64,000 nucleotides of DNA from a virus. Lineage: Duplodnaviria; Caudoviricetes. Below, one piece after another: positions 31,663 through 40,540 of the stretch; position 1 is the stretch's first letter, and each line of letters opens with the position of its first letter. Below the pieces are notes generated by a model that was not told the DNA's origin, did no database searches, and saw nothing but the letters and a program-made list of their open reading frames with translations. Made by a program: the position numbers and the translations under genes. The stretch spans positions 2,041 to 66,040 of the IMG/VR virus record IMGVR_UViG_3300023174_000162. The stretch is one strand, 5' to 3'.

Positions 31663-32298
31663 CTATTCGTACATAACAGTTGAAGAGTCACCTAGTGCCC
31701 ATTTAGGATTTGTTTCTACTACATACTTCTTAGTACAAACTTTAAAGTCAGGGAACTTTAGCTCTTTTGGATTACTCGCTGCATCCATAAAGATACAACG
31801 ATTATTTGGTTGTGCTGCATATTGACCATTTTCTAGTTCAATAAAATTGAACGACTTATGATCTTCAGGCCACTCACTATAACTTGTATCTAATACATTC
31901 AAATCAGGTGAAGCATTATCTACAGTGAACATGTAATCTCCACCATAGAACTTCTTATCTTTAGCATAGAACTTACAGCTTAGATTACGAAGGAATGCTT
32001 TTTGAATGACTGCTATATCATAACTAAAACAATCCCAGATCTGTAGAGTATCTAGCTCAAGAAATTTCTTAGGATCTAGATTTGTATTTCTACTTACATA
32101 TGCATTCAATGGAAGCTTATCATATAACGCTCCATAGTTGGGAAGATACGCCTCAATACGAAATGCTTGACTACGAAGACTTTTGATAGAAACCCAAATG
32201 CAAGGTTCGTATTCTCCGTGTCCTTTCTGAAAATCGTATAAAAATTCCTTTCTGACAAAACAATGTACAGGTGGAATATTTGCTACTAAAAATGACAT
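31663..32298 (-). CDS. Conserved T4-like hypothetical protein
   Basis: 211-aa ORF; GALYDKLP, LQIWDCFSY, GQYAAQPNNR. Confidence 0.8.
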   Translation of the reverse strand: MSFLVANIPPVHCFVRKEFLYDFQKGHGEYEPCIWVSIKSLRSQAFRIEAYLPNYGALYDKLPLNAYVSRNTNLDPKKFLELDTLQIWDCFSYDIAVIQKAFLRNLSCKFYAKDKKFYGGDYMFTVDNASPDLNVLDTSYSEWPEDHKSFNFIELENGQYAAQPNNRCIFMDAASNPKELKFPDFKVCTKKYVVETNPKWALGDSSTVMYE

Positions 32299-32322
32299 AG
32301 TTTGCTCCAGTAAGAACTATTC

Positions 32323-32417
32323 AGGGCCTCCCAGAGAGGCCCGGACCGTGGTTGATGTATTTCTATATGACCTACCGTGCCCGGACATCTCTGGGAGGCT
32401 CCGACCGGAGTCGGAGT
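32323..32417. repeat. GC-rich intergenic palindromic element, copy 1
   Basis: GCCTCCCAGAGA/TCTCTGGGAGGC arms; its reverse complement aligns with the copies at 34.8 and 49.2 kb. Confidence 0.65.
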
Positions 32418-32438
32418 TAACTATCTGATAACTACAGA

Positions 32439-32702
32439 TTAGTTAAAAGGTTGATAACCCATGCTCGAGAGTGTTGCGTAACCAGCTGCAACTACTGCAC
32501 GTGTAGGCTTACCAAGACGATACTTGATACGCTGTTCACCTTTTGAGTTTGTCGACTTGTTTGCATAAACAGCAAAACCTTCAGTGCGTAGTTGATGCAC
32601 AAGCGCTGAAGGATTACCAACTTGGAAACGTGCTTGGATCTGTTTAGCTGTCAAGTCTTCACCATTTTGAAGAGCTTCAAGAACACGATCAATCTTAGTC
32701 AT
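32439..32702 (-). CDS. Putative winged-HTH DNA-binding protein
   Basis: LTAKQIQARFQVGNPSALVHQLRTEGFAVY, YRLGKP. Confidence 0.65.
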   Translation of the reverse strand: MTKIDRVLEALQNGEDLTAKQIQARFQVGNPSALVHQLRTEGFAVYANKSTNSKGEQRIKYRLGKPTRAVVAAGYATLSSMGYQPFN

Positions 32703-32793
32703 AAGAAAAAACTCCATATTAAATTGTGACCCGCTGATTATATATCTGTCGGAAACCGCGGGATCACTTTAGTTTCCGACAGATGATTTGAAT

Positions 32794-33735
32794 TTATGCT
32801 ACTTCTGCAAATTCTACTGCATTCTCGAGAGCTTTGATTTTCTTGTCTCGAGTTGTACCATACCAACTGTTGTAAACTCGGGTATCTTGATCACGACCAA
32901 GATGGTGGTCACAGAGGTAAGTAACTGCATTGAAAGCCTGCCACCAAGAACCGCGTGCAAAGTTTGCACCTGGCTGAGATTCCATAACTTCCAAGCATGC
33001 TTTTGCATTCTTCGAGATCTTCGCTTCATCGCCTTTGGCGTTCGAAGTCATCGGGAATACAGAGTTGAAGTACTCAATCAGAGAATCAGATTTGTAGAAG
33101 CGAGTACCCAAGAACTGAGCCATCTCCTTGTACTGATCCAGCTTGTCTTTAGCAATACCAAGAGCAAGCTTTGCCTGATTTGCATCGAAGACATTACGAT
33201 GCGACATGTTGAACTGCATTTCTGCTTTCTGATTTAAAGACAGAGTCAACGTGTTATTACATACAACTCGGATTGGAGTGAAACGAATATCAATCGATTT
33301 ACCAAATTGATGTGGATTAGTGAAAAGCAAGTAGCTATCCACTTGATCACCTTTAAACAAGTCGAAGGATTCCTTGACCTTAGCCAAAGCCCAAACAACT
33401 TTACCATTCTTCAGAGATCCAGCAGTATGCATCTCCATATCACCAGCATGAACGAAGTCATTAAAGAATTCAAATGCTGTTTCGTTTTGAACAGGATTCC
33501 ATGAATCGGAAACCATAGTGAGGATGCTCATGTCGTTATCACGAACGAGAGCTTCAGTACCAGTAGCAACTTTCTTGCCACCCATTTCTACAAACGCGGG
33601 AACTTTGTGTACTTCCCAATCAAGACCAGCTTTTTCCAACATCTGTGCAGGAGAAAGATCGTTAGGAACTTTCTCGCCCAGACCATGCCAAGGTACTTCA
33701 CCAGCGTATGCCATTGTTTCAATTAAGTGTGCCAT
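32794..33735 (-). CDS. DUF932 / phage-plasmid-like protein (TIGR03299 type)
   Basis: MAYAGEVPWHGLG, AGLDWEV, TAGSLKNG, TPIRVVCNNTL. Confidence 0.9.
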   Translation of the reverse strand: MAHLIETMAYAGEVPWHGLGEKVPNDLSPAQMLEKAGLDWEVHKVPAFVEMGGKKVATGTEALVRDNDMSILTMVSDSWNPVQNETAFEFFNDFVHAGDMEMHTAGSLKNGKVVWALAKVKESFDLFKGDQVDSYLLFTNPHQFGKSIDIRFTPIRVVCNNTLTLSLNQKAEMQFNMSHRNVFDANQAKLALGIAKDKLDQYKEMAQFLGTRFYKSDSLIEYFNSVFPMTSNAKGDEAKISKNAKACLEVMESQPGANFARGSWWQAFNAVTYLCDHHLGRDQDTRVYNSWYGTTRDKKIKALENAVEFAEVA

Positions 33736-33765
33736 AATTTATATCCTTCATCAAGTTAGAATGCT

Positions 33766-33795
33766 ATTATATATTACTGCTAAAAATAAGTACAC
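33766..33795 (-). promoter_or_regulatory. Early-type promoter
   Basis: GTGTAC-N18-TATAAT. Confidence 0.7.
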
Positions 33796-33814
33796 TGTTT
33801 CTTTTTGACAACAG

Positions 33815-34000
33815 TTATCCAATTGTACCCTGAACTCCACCAACTCCACGCGCCATGCGACTAACGCCTTGTGCCCACTGAGAATACTTACCACGAGAAG
33901 GATCGTAAGTGCGTTCACCTTTGCGAGGTTTACGCGGTGCGCACAGAGTAACCTTTACACCGTCCTCATTAACAAAAACTACATCATTCCGCTTCTTCAT
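33815..34000 (-). CDS. Hypothetical basic protein
   Basis: Likely start MKKRNDVV, coupled to the upstream ORF. Confidence 0.55.
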   Translation of the reverse strand: MKKRNDVVFVNEDGVKVTLCAPRKPRKGERTYDPSRGKYSQWAQGVSRMARGVGGVQGTIG

Positions 34001-34133
34001 TAAGCTTCTCCACATTATCAAATTCATCTTCAAGGAAGATAGTACCACCATACAACTCTTTGTACATCACAGCAACATTTAAAATATAGAACATCATAAT
34101 TTTACCGTCTTTTGTGATGAGCACATATTTCAT
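33984..34133 (-). CDS. Hypothetical protein (49 aa)
   Basis: MKYVLITKDGKIMMFYILNVAVMYKELYGGTIF...; missing from the ORF track. Confidence 0.55.
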   Translation of the reverse strand: MKYVLITKDGKIMMFYILNVAVMYKELYGGTIFLEDEFDNVEKLNEEAE

Positions 34134-34430
34134 TTAGTCCCTACGATCATAGACGTATACGTCGATTTTAGTTGCATTCTTAATACCACCTACGATGTTT
34201 CCAGCCCAATCATAACTTACTGGACCTTTGCAAGTTTCTCTTGTCCAGAAATTAGGTTTAATTTCCATCTTCACTTCAGGTTTACGACCACGAAGCACAA
34301 CACGCTTTTTATTAGGATTACGATAGTTGATCGATTTGACTACTTTCTTGATCAATGCTAGGTTTTCCATGTCGCTGGCAGAGTTCACGTCGAGGGTAGT
34401 CACATAAGAAGTCGAGGTACGTTTTGTCAT
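34134..34430 (-). CDS. Hypothetical protein
   Basis: Start MTKRTSTSYV with RBS AAGGA. Confidence 0.65.
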   Translation of the reverse strand: MTKRTSTSYVTTLDVNSASDMENLALIKKVVKSINYRNPNKKRVVLRGRKPEVKMEIKPNFWTRETCKGPVSYDWAGNIVGGIKNATKIDVYVYDRRD

Positions 34431-34441
34431 AATGTTTATCC

Positions 34442-34666
34442 TTAAGCGTATGTGCAAAAATTTTGTGCAGACTCTTCTTTAGTCTTCTGTTCTGACCAGT
34501 TACGCATCAATTCCAGCATTCCAGATTTAGTTTCAACACGATTAATTTCAGTTCCTTTCGCGTTGAAAAGAGTCCAATACTTGTCACCAGACATTTTCTC
34601 TAGAGTGAATGAGCAATTATTAAGAGTGATTATGTAATTACCTGATCTAAATCTGCTTACTTTCAT
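34442..34666 (-). CDS. Hypothetical early protein
   Basis: First gene after early promoter; RBS GAGGA. Confidence 0.65.
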   Translation of the reverse strand: MKVSRFRSGNYIITLNNCSFTLEKMSGDKYWTLFNAKGTEINRVETKSGMLELMRNWSEQKTKEESAQNFCTYA

Positions 34667-34698
34667 TTTGTTTCCTCATTTATTTAATCGATAGAGAC

Positions 34699-34762
34699 AT
34701 TATACCATACAATGAGGAAAAAGTACACAGTTTCTTTTTGACAATGTGTACGGAATGATACA
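34699..34762 (-). promoter_or_regulatory. Early promoter cassette with upstream 18-bp box
   Basis: TATAAT 34704-34699, GTGTAC 34728-34723, box TGTGTACGGAATGATACA 34745-34762. Confidence 0.8.
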
Positions 34763-34809
34763 CTTTCAGAATAGTGCAGAATGTTTCCTAAAAGAAACAA
34801 TTCAGAGGT

Positions 34810-34900
34810 CTACCAGGGGTCCCTGGAGCTCTCCAGGCAGGCAGGACATATGTTTATACATCCAACAGGACCCGCAGTCACTGGGAGGTCCTGGTTTGTT
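34810..34900. repeat. GC-rich intergenic element, copy 2
   Basis: CTACCAGGG..CCTGG..CTCC.GGC.GGC.GGA plus AT-rich core; aligns with the 49231 copy. Confidence 0.65.
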
Positions 34901-34918
34901 TCCCAAATGATAATGTTA

Positions 34919-35155
34919 TCATAATGGTATATTGAACTCATTGTAGATGTTCGCAATCACACTTACCAGCATAGCATTATAAACAAAATCAGTTTGTGCT
35001 TCATTGCTCATCTGTTTGCGTATCATCGAAATGCAATGTTCAGCTATTAACTTAGCATATTGCTCATTGTAGTTGTTGACCCAATTTTCAACGTTTAGGC
35101 CATGAGGAACTTTGTTTTTAGCTTCTTCACCAAGTTTTTTAATGAGTTCGTTCAT
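34919..35155 (-). CDS. Hypothetical protein
   Basis: ORF in tightly packed early operon. Confidence 0.6.
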   Translation of the reverse strand: MNELIKKLGEEAKNKVPHGLNVENWVNNYNEQYAKLIAEHCISMIRKQMSNEAQTDFVYNAMLVSVIANIYNEFNIPL

Positions 35156-35158
35156 TTT

Positions 35159-35416
35159 CTATCCTTCAATCAGAGTGCGATTCTGAACATCCCAATAAAA
35201 CTCGATAGCCTTCTTCGCGTGTTCCAATGATATATATTGACCTAGATGACCTTCATCAGCTACAGTAAATGTGAAGTCTCCAGTGTACACTACTGCATAG
35301 AAGATCTCTTGAAGTGCTGCTTTGCCAGCATGACCAACGATCTTACCAGTAGATACGTTATAAAAATAATACTTGTCAGAAATACTTCTCCAAGCATACG
35401 AAATTTTATTTGTCAT
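35159..35416 (-). CDS. Hypothetical protein
   Basis: GQYISLEHAKKAIE; start probably MTNKIS. Confidence 0.6.
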   Translation of the reverse strand: MTNKISYAWRSISDKYYFYNVSTGKIVGHAGKAALQEIFYAVVYTGDFTFTVADEGHLGQYISLEHAKKAIEFYWDVQNRTLIEG

Positions 35417-35633
35417 ATTCAATTCCAAGCTGATTTAAGATCGCACGAGCAAATTCAATCGCACCATCACTACTCCCAGCGTCGTATGCATCATCGATAT
35501 CTCCATCAAAATAATCTCTAAAATCAATACCATCTTCGTCAGGATTTGAAAGCTGATAATACTCTACAATAGATTCATATGTTGTTTTTTTTGTAGCTGT
35601 GTTTTTCAATGTTTGAAGGACTTGCTCGTTCAT
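35406..35633 (-). CDS. Hypothetical acidic protein
   Basis: GDIDDAYDAG motif; RBS present. Confidence 0.6.
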   Translation of the reverse strand: MNEQVLQTLKNTATKKTTYESIVEYYQLSNPDEDGIDFRDYFDGDIDDAYDAGSSDGAIEFARAILNQLGIEYDK

Positions 35634-35654
35634 ATAAATTCCTATCAGTTTCTA

Positions 35655-35807
35655 TTAGTGAAATACTTCATCTTGTACAGCATAGTTCTTCAGGATATCA
35701 AAGACAACATCTGGTGGAAGACCTGTGCTATCTGATATCGTGTTGATGGAGATTCCATCTTGATGCATCTCGATAATGTCAAAAATTAAATCTTTGAACT
35801 TACTCAT
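35655..35807 (-). CDS. Small HTH-like protein (50 aa)
   Basis: MSKFKDLIFDIIEMHQDGISINTISDSTGLPPDVVFDIL; missing from the ORF track. Confidence 0.5.
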   Translation of the reverse strand: MSKFKDLIFDIIEMHQDGISINTISDSTGLPPDVVFDILKNYAVQDEVFH

Positions 35808-36018
35808 GTGTTTCACCTTCTTTTTCAAGTTGGATCAATGCGCGTGATGCTGCAGAGTTTGCATTTGTCATCGCGTAATCATCGCTAAGACTATTAAAAC
35901 CTGAGAACAACTGCCACTCACCTTCTATCAACCACTCTACTCGAATGTCATATACTACTTCGAAAGGACTGCCATCATGAACGATCCGAACTTTACCCCA
36001 ATCTGCTGATACTCTCAT
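35800..36018 (-). CDS. Hypothetical protein
   Basis: Start MRVSADWG with RBS AAGGAG. Confidence 0.6.
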   Translation of the reverse strand: MRVSADWGKVRIVHDGSPFEVVYDIRVEWLIEGEWQLFSGFNSLSDDYAMTNANSAASRALIQLEKEGETHE

Positions 36019-36028
36019 TTTTTTCTCC

Positions 36029-36271
36029 TTAAAATTCTGCGACAATTACACCGGCATCATTGAACTTTACAAAAAGTTTGCCATAACTCCAGCTTTCGTC
36101 TTCACGATACGTATACTTGTAGCTGAACTCTCCACCGTTGGTAATGCCCAGAAACTCTGCGGCCATGACTCGCTCAAGATCTTTATAACCAGCATTGATC
36201 AAAGCTTGATCTAGAGCGCGAGTGTTGAGGTTAGCTAATGTCTTAATAGTGTCTGCTGTAATCACGTTCAC
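36029..36271 (-). CDS. Hypothetical protein
   Basis: FLGITNGGEF.Y motif. Confidence 0.6.
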   Translation of the reverse strand: MNVITADTIKTLANLNTRALDQALINAGYKDLERVMAAEFLGITNGGEFSYKYTYREDESWSYGKLFVKFNDAGVIVAEF

Positions 36272-36274
36272 TCC

Positions 36275-36595
36275 TTAAACGTATTCTACTTCAGTTGCAG
36301 GGAACATGATCGTACCGTCAAACTCGAGCTGATCACGTTCGAACTGTGTGAGGTAATCATCAGCGACGATTTTCCAATCGACGATGTGTTCACGATAAGC
36401 ATCGTTGTCGCATTCGATCTTTTCGCGAAGACTCATGATCGCGACAGTCGCTGCTGAGTTACCACCTTTGAACTTCTTGACGACGTAGTCGCTTCCGCCT
36501 TTAGCTTTCCAGTAAGCATTTTCGCCTACACCCAAAGTACCATTTTTGTCAATTGCGTAGTTCTCGTAAACCTGAGTGCTGATAAGTAATTTCAT
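36275..36595 (-). CDS. Conserved phage hypothetical early protein
   Basis: TQVYENY, YWKAKGGSDY, LTQFERDQLEFDG. Confidence 0.7.
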   Translation of the reverse strand: MKLLISTQVYENYAIDKNGTLGVGENAYWKAKGGSDYVVKKFKGGNSAATVAIMSLREKIECDNDAYREHIVDWKIVADDYLTQFERDQLEFDGTIMFPATEVEYV

Positions 36596-36625
36596 AATGT
36601 CCTCATTTATTTAATCAATAGAGTC

Positions 36626-36686
36626 ATTATATACTAATGGCCAGGAAAGTACACTGTTTTTTCGAAAGTGTATCATTCCGTACACA
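36626..36686 (-). promoter_or_regulatory. Early promoter cassette with inverted 18-bp box
   Basis: TATAAT, GTGTAC, and box TGTATCATTCCGTACACA at 36669-36686. Confidence 0.8.
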
Positions 36687-36719
36687 GTTCCTGATTGATA
36701 ACTGTTTCCGGCAGGAAAC

Positions 36720-37088
36720 TTACCCTCTCCGCATCTTAGTTATCTCTTTTGCACTATCTGTAGAGAACACGGGGACTGAATTAGATTTATGCATTACAGC
36801 GATACCGATCATCTTATCGCCAGTATACACTTTTTGGTGATCGATAGGTTTAGTGGCATTTCCACCAGTATCGAGAGAAGGATATTTAGGAGTCTCCCGA
36901 CGTGCAACAACAGGAGGAGTATACACCTTACGCTTTATATTGCGTGTAGGTTTTGTTTCATACTTCTTCATTAGATCATTCCACTCATTCTGAAGTTGAA
37001 TCGATTTTTGCTTTTGCTCAGAAGAAGTAAATTTAGTCTTACGCTTCTTAGTAGAAGTAGTAGTAAAATATACGGGCATAAGAGCCAT
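36720..37088 (-). CDS. Conserved T4-like hypothetical basic protein
   Basis: YTGDKMIGIAVMHKSNSVPVF motif. Confidence 0.8.
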   Translation of the reverse strand: MALMPVYFTTTSTKKRKTKFTSSEQKQKSIQLQNEWNDLMKKYETKPTRNIKRKVYTPPVVARRETPKYPSLDTGGNATKPIDHQKVYTGDKMIGIAVMHKSNSVPVFSTDSAKEITKMRRG

Positions 37089-37300
37089 TATTCATCCTTA
37101 TCAATAGTAACATCTACACGCTTAATCTTATGAATGGTTCTATTACCATCATCGTCATAATCAACTAACAACATCTCATTATCTTCCAATAGCTGAAGAG
37201 TAATATCGATACCTCTGCACATTCCTGTCTTCCATAGATCGAACATAGAATACAACCAAAGGATAAACAATACGAACAACATCCAGTCTTCTAAGTACAT
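37088..37300 (-). CDS. Small membrane protein
   Basis: Start MYLEDW with RBS AGGAG after early promoter 37323-37352. Confidence 0.6.
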   Translation of the reverse strand: MYLEDWMLFVLFILWLYSMFDLWKTGMCRGIDITLQLLEDNEMLLVDYDDDGNRTIHKIKRVDVTIDKDE

Positions 37301-37381
37301 CCTGTGCTCTCCTGTTAAAACAATTATACCACAAGCGCAGAAAAAAGTACACACTTGTTTGCAAATAATTAGTTTACAAAA

Positions 37382-38056
37382 TTATAATTTTCTTTCTTGC
37401 AACTTGTAATAATTTGATATCGCTTCTGCCGCTTTGGAGATATACTCTTTGCGGTCAGCCACGAAGACGAGTGGATCTTCATGATCAACACCCATGATGA
37501 CGACTAATTGTTTACACTTGATGCTGGTCATATCTTCAAACATCAACGAATACAAAGTCATTTGAACGAAGTAGCTCTCGATATCTTCTTTGTCTTTAAG
37601 TCTTCGAGAGGTTTTATAGTCGATGATAGAAGGATATCCATCGAACTGAGCAATACAATCTACACGACCAGCACATCTAGTCTTCTCTGAAAAGAGAGGA
37701 GCTTCGATAGCATAGACATTATTAATACGGTGAAGATGTTGCTTCATGCTATTAAACATCTGAATATTTACTGGGACATGATCCTTTGTATAATCAGAGT
37801 TATTCATTATGTAGTCTTCACACATCTTGTGGATAGCTGTACCGCGTCTTGCTGCTTGTGTTGATATTCTATTGGCGACTTCTTCTCCTACCTGCGCACG
37901 CCACTCATGGACCCATCCACCATAGATAGTTCCAAGAATTGATGTTACTGAAGGGAGTTTCTTACCGTTAGTTCCAACATAGTATCGCTTCCCATCGATA
38001 CTTTCAGTCAGTAATTCGGGAAGCGATACTAATTCATGATTAAATGTTTTATCCAT
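37382..38056 (-). CDS. PD-(D/E)XK exonuclease (Cas4/RecB-like)
   Basis: PSVTSIL, RGTAIH, AGRVDCIA, IIDYKTS, YFVQ...Y. Confidence 0.9.
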   Translation of the reverse strand: MDKTFNHELVSLPELLTESIDGKRYYVGTNGKKLPSVTSILGTIYGGWVHEWRAQVGEEVANRISTQAARRGTAIHKMCEDYIMNNSDYTKDHVPVNIQMFNSMKQHLHRINNVYAIEAPLFSEKTRCAGRVDCIAQFDGYPSIIDYKTSRRLKDKEDIESYFVQMTLYSLMFEDMTSIKCKQLVVIMGVDHEDPLVFVADRKEYISKAAEAISNYYKLQERKL

Positions 38057-38813
38057 ATCCTAATCTGGTTTTTTCAATGATGTAATTTTTCACAAACCCA
38101 GATCGTACAATATCTTCTTCAAGGAACTCTACATGAGAGAACCCTCGTATACGATCTAGGATCTTCATAATATCTATAATGCCTGATTTTTCTTTTCCTG
38201 ATAGATCGCCTTGACGGAAGTCTCCACATAAGATAAGTTGACAGTTTCTACCGATACGAGTAATTACAGAATCAAGTTCATGAAACGTCATGTTCTGCAC
38301 TTCATCTACAATAACAATAGAATCATTTAGTGTCGTACCTCTGACGAAAGAGGTAGATAGAAAATCAATAGTGCGTCGTGTCTTTAAGATCTCATACGCA
38401 TCGCCACGTCCAAATAGTTCTTCACAGATAGCACGATAAGGAGCTTCATATACTTTAGTCTTCTCTTTGTCATTCCCAGGTAGGAAACCCATATCCCTTG
38501 TTGGAACAACACTTCGAATAATAATAATTCGCTTCTTTGTTGACGTTCTATCGGTGATCTCCTTTAAAGCCAAATAAAGCGAGATAAACGTTTTACCTGT
38601 TCCTGCTACACCATGCAGTACAACGTTCTTATCATCTTCAATTATATCAAACGCTTTTCTTTGTGCTTCTGTTTTTGCTACAACATTATCTAGTTTCATA
38701 TGATTCTTAATAACAACTACATTGTTACTAGAACTATATTGTTCAATTGTTTTGGGTACTCTCTTAAGTTTTCTTGGGAGAGGCTTTTCTTCTTGGTATT
38801 CTCTTCTACCCAT
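38049..38813 (-). CDS. phoH: PhoH-family ATPase
   Basis: GVAGTGKT, GFLPG, RGTTL, IVDEVQN, DIVRSG. Confidence 0.95.
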   Translation of the reverse strand: MGRREYQEEKPLPRKLKRVPKTIEQYSSSNNVVVIKNHMKLDNVVAKTEAQRKAFDIIEDDKNVVLHGVAGTGKTFISLYLALKEITDRTSTKKRIIIIRSVVPTRDMGFLPGNDKEKTKVYEAPYRAICEELFGRGDAYEILKTRRTIDFLSTSFVRGTTLNDSIVIVDEVQNMTFHELDSVITRIGRNCQLILCGDFRQGDLSGKEKSGIIDIMKILDRIRGFSHVEFLEEDIVRSGFVKNYIIEKTRLGYG

Positions 38814-38834
38814 GTGTTTCCCTGTAAAATGTTG

Positions 38835-39074
38835 TTATGAGAACGTGTTAAACTTCGAGCGCGGACTTCCTTTCTTAATTTTACGTAAAAGTTCTCTAAA
38901 ACCCTCTGAAGGTTTCACGAGGCCAAGTCGAACAGGATCACTCATACCTGGTGTCCCATCGATAAATCGTTCTAAATGTGGATTGTCTTCTTTGAACTTA
39001 TCATACTCAGAGATACGAAACATATGTTCCTCTATCTCATCTGTATCTTTATTCTTAAACGTGTACGTTGGCAT
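38835..39074 (-). CDS. FmdB-like small protein
   Basis: MPTYTF..., GFRELLRKIKK. Confidence 0.7.
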   Translation of the reverse strand: MPTYTFKNKDTDEIEEHMFRISEYDKFKEDNPHLERFIDGTPGMSDPVRLGLVKPSEGFRELLRKIKKGSPRSKFNTFS

Positions 39075-39256
39075 TAATATTCCTCTTCCAACTTTATAAG
39101 TTCTTTAACATCTTTTATTTTGATGGCGTGTTCTAATCGTTTGTCATAGAACTTATTATTACGATTAGACTTATGATATTCTTCTTCATCATAGTGCCTC
39201 ATCTCTTTATACGTCTTACGGTTATTTCCGAACTTAAGATTTTGATGTTTGCTCAT
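39074..39256 (-). CDS. Hypothetical protein
   Basis: Translationally coupled small ORF. Confidence 0.55.
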   Translation of the reverse strand: MSKHQNLKFGNNRKTYKEMRHYDEEEYHKSNRNNKFYDKRLEHAIKIKDVKELIKLEEEY

Positions 39257-39671
39257 TTGCTGGAAGGAGGTCAGGGAAAGCCTCTTGTACTAGTTTATAG
39301 GTGATTCCTTTATAAGGCATCTTCTTGTCTTTTACTGCAAGCATAAGTTTAGCGTCATCTTTATCTAAACTCTCTATGAGTCCAATAAAGAGAACTTCTT
39401 TCTTAAGCTTTGTGAGTTCTGGTTTCCGCCCTTTTAGGAACATCCACAGACGCCTAGTTTCTTGATAGAGACGACCTTGCATATCATCATACACGCAAGG
39501 TTTATATGGAGGATCTCCTTCTGGAAGATCCCATTCTATAGTTGGATCGAACGCACCTCGTAGGATTGTTCGTAAAGTGACTCCATCATGCTGACGTAGA
39601 ACTTCAATTTTTTCTGCTTTTGTTTCTTTCTTAGAAGTTATTTCTAAGATTTCAGCTATTCCAAGTTTCAT
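39234..39671 (-). CDS. Conserved T4-like hypothetical protein adjacent to rnh
   Basis: LPEGDPPYKP, LVQEAFPDLL. Confidence 0.8.
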   Translation of the reverse strand: MKLGIAEILEITSKKETKAEKIEVLRQHDGVTLRTILRGAFDPTIEWDLPEGDPPYKPCVYDDMQGRLYQETRRLWMFLKGRKPELTKLKKEVLFIGLIESLDKDDAKLMLAVKDKKMPYKGITYKLVQEAFPDLLPANEQTSKS

Positions 39672-39673
39672 AT

Positions 39674-40540
39674 TTAGAAGTCATTAATTGACTCCATCAA
39701 GCCCTTCAATTTGAACTTGATAAAGTAGTTAAATATATGTTGACGACTTTTATTAGATTGAGCTTCATACTCAGTCATAACATTATCACGCACATACTGC
39801 GGAATAAATGTAAGGTCGATCAACTGCCTATTGCGATGATAGTTACGTAGCATATTCTCATCACAAAACTCTTCAGGTTCCTGATTAAGCCATAGTTCCA
39901 ATTTCTTGGAAGATACAGACTTCTGACGTTCACCTACGATGATACAATTATCGGCTGATAGGAAGTTAGGAATACCATCTCCTTTATCGCCTCTAATGAT
40001 ATGTTCAAGGATGAACTTTTCAGGTTTTTTATTCTTTATATATTTTTTTCTAACAGGATCGAACTGCTCTACATTAGAATATATTTGCAGTTGGATAAAA
40101 TCTTTATCTCCAGAAAGAATCAATATCTTCTCATCTGACTTTGACATCAGTTGTTTACCATATTTATGAACCAGAGTTCCTATGACGTCATCTGCTTCAG
40201 CGCCATGTGCTTGGATAACACGATAAGGAAGATATTCTTTAAGCTCATCACGAATCTTGTTAAGCGATTCAAAGACTGTAGTCCAATCGATCTCAGACTC
40301 TTCACGAGCTTTCTTACGATGAGCTTTATAGTAAGGGAATATATCACGTCTCCAGTAATTGCGATCATCACAGGCAATTACCATTTCACCGTAATCCTTA
40401 CTGAACTTAGTATTGTAGGATCTGAGAGAATTCAGAACCATATGACGAATAAGACCTTCTTCAATCTTGATGTTAGTGTATGATCCGAGTTGAGCCATCA
40501 GATTCGAGATCATAACTTGGCTTAGGTCGACGATAATCAT
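39674..40540 (-). CDS. rnh: T4-type RNase H (5'-3' exonuclease)
   Basis: YWRRDIFPYYKAHR, EADDVIG, SGDKDFIQL, GDKGDGIPN. Confidence 0.95.
   Translation of the reverse strand: MIIVDLSQVMISNLMAQLGSYTNIKIEEGLIRHMVLNSLRSYNTKFSKDYGEMVIACDDRNYWRRDIFPYYKAHRKKAREESEIDWTTVFESLNKIRDELKEYLPYRVIQAHGAEADDVIGTLVHKYGKQLMSKSDEKILILSGDKDFIQLQIYSNVEQFDPVRKKYIKNKKPEKFILEHIIRGDKGDGIPNFLSADNCIIVGERQKSVSSKKLELWLNQEPEEFCDENMLRNYHRNRQLIDLTFIPQYVRDNVMTEYEAQSNKSRQHIFNYFIKFKLKGLMESINDF

Noticed and set aside
34745-34762. NtcA box implying a cyanophage
   Set aside because: GTA-N8-TAC is present, but pqqA, the tmRNA tag and the lack of photosynthesis genes point to a proteobacterial host, and the 54371 variant breaks the consensus.
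37382-38056. Cas4 as evidence of a CRISPR system
   Set aside because: It is a stand-alone PD-(D/E)XK exonuclease in its usual T4-like position next to phoH.
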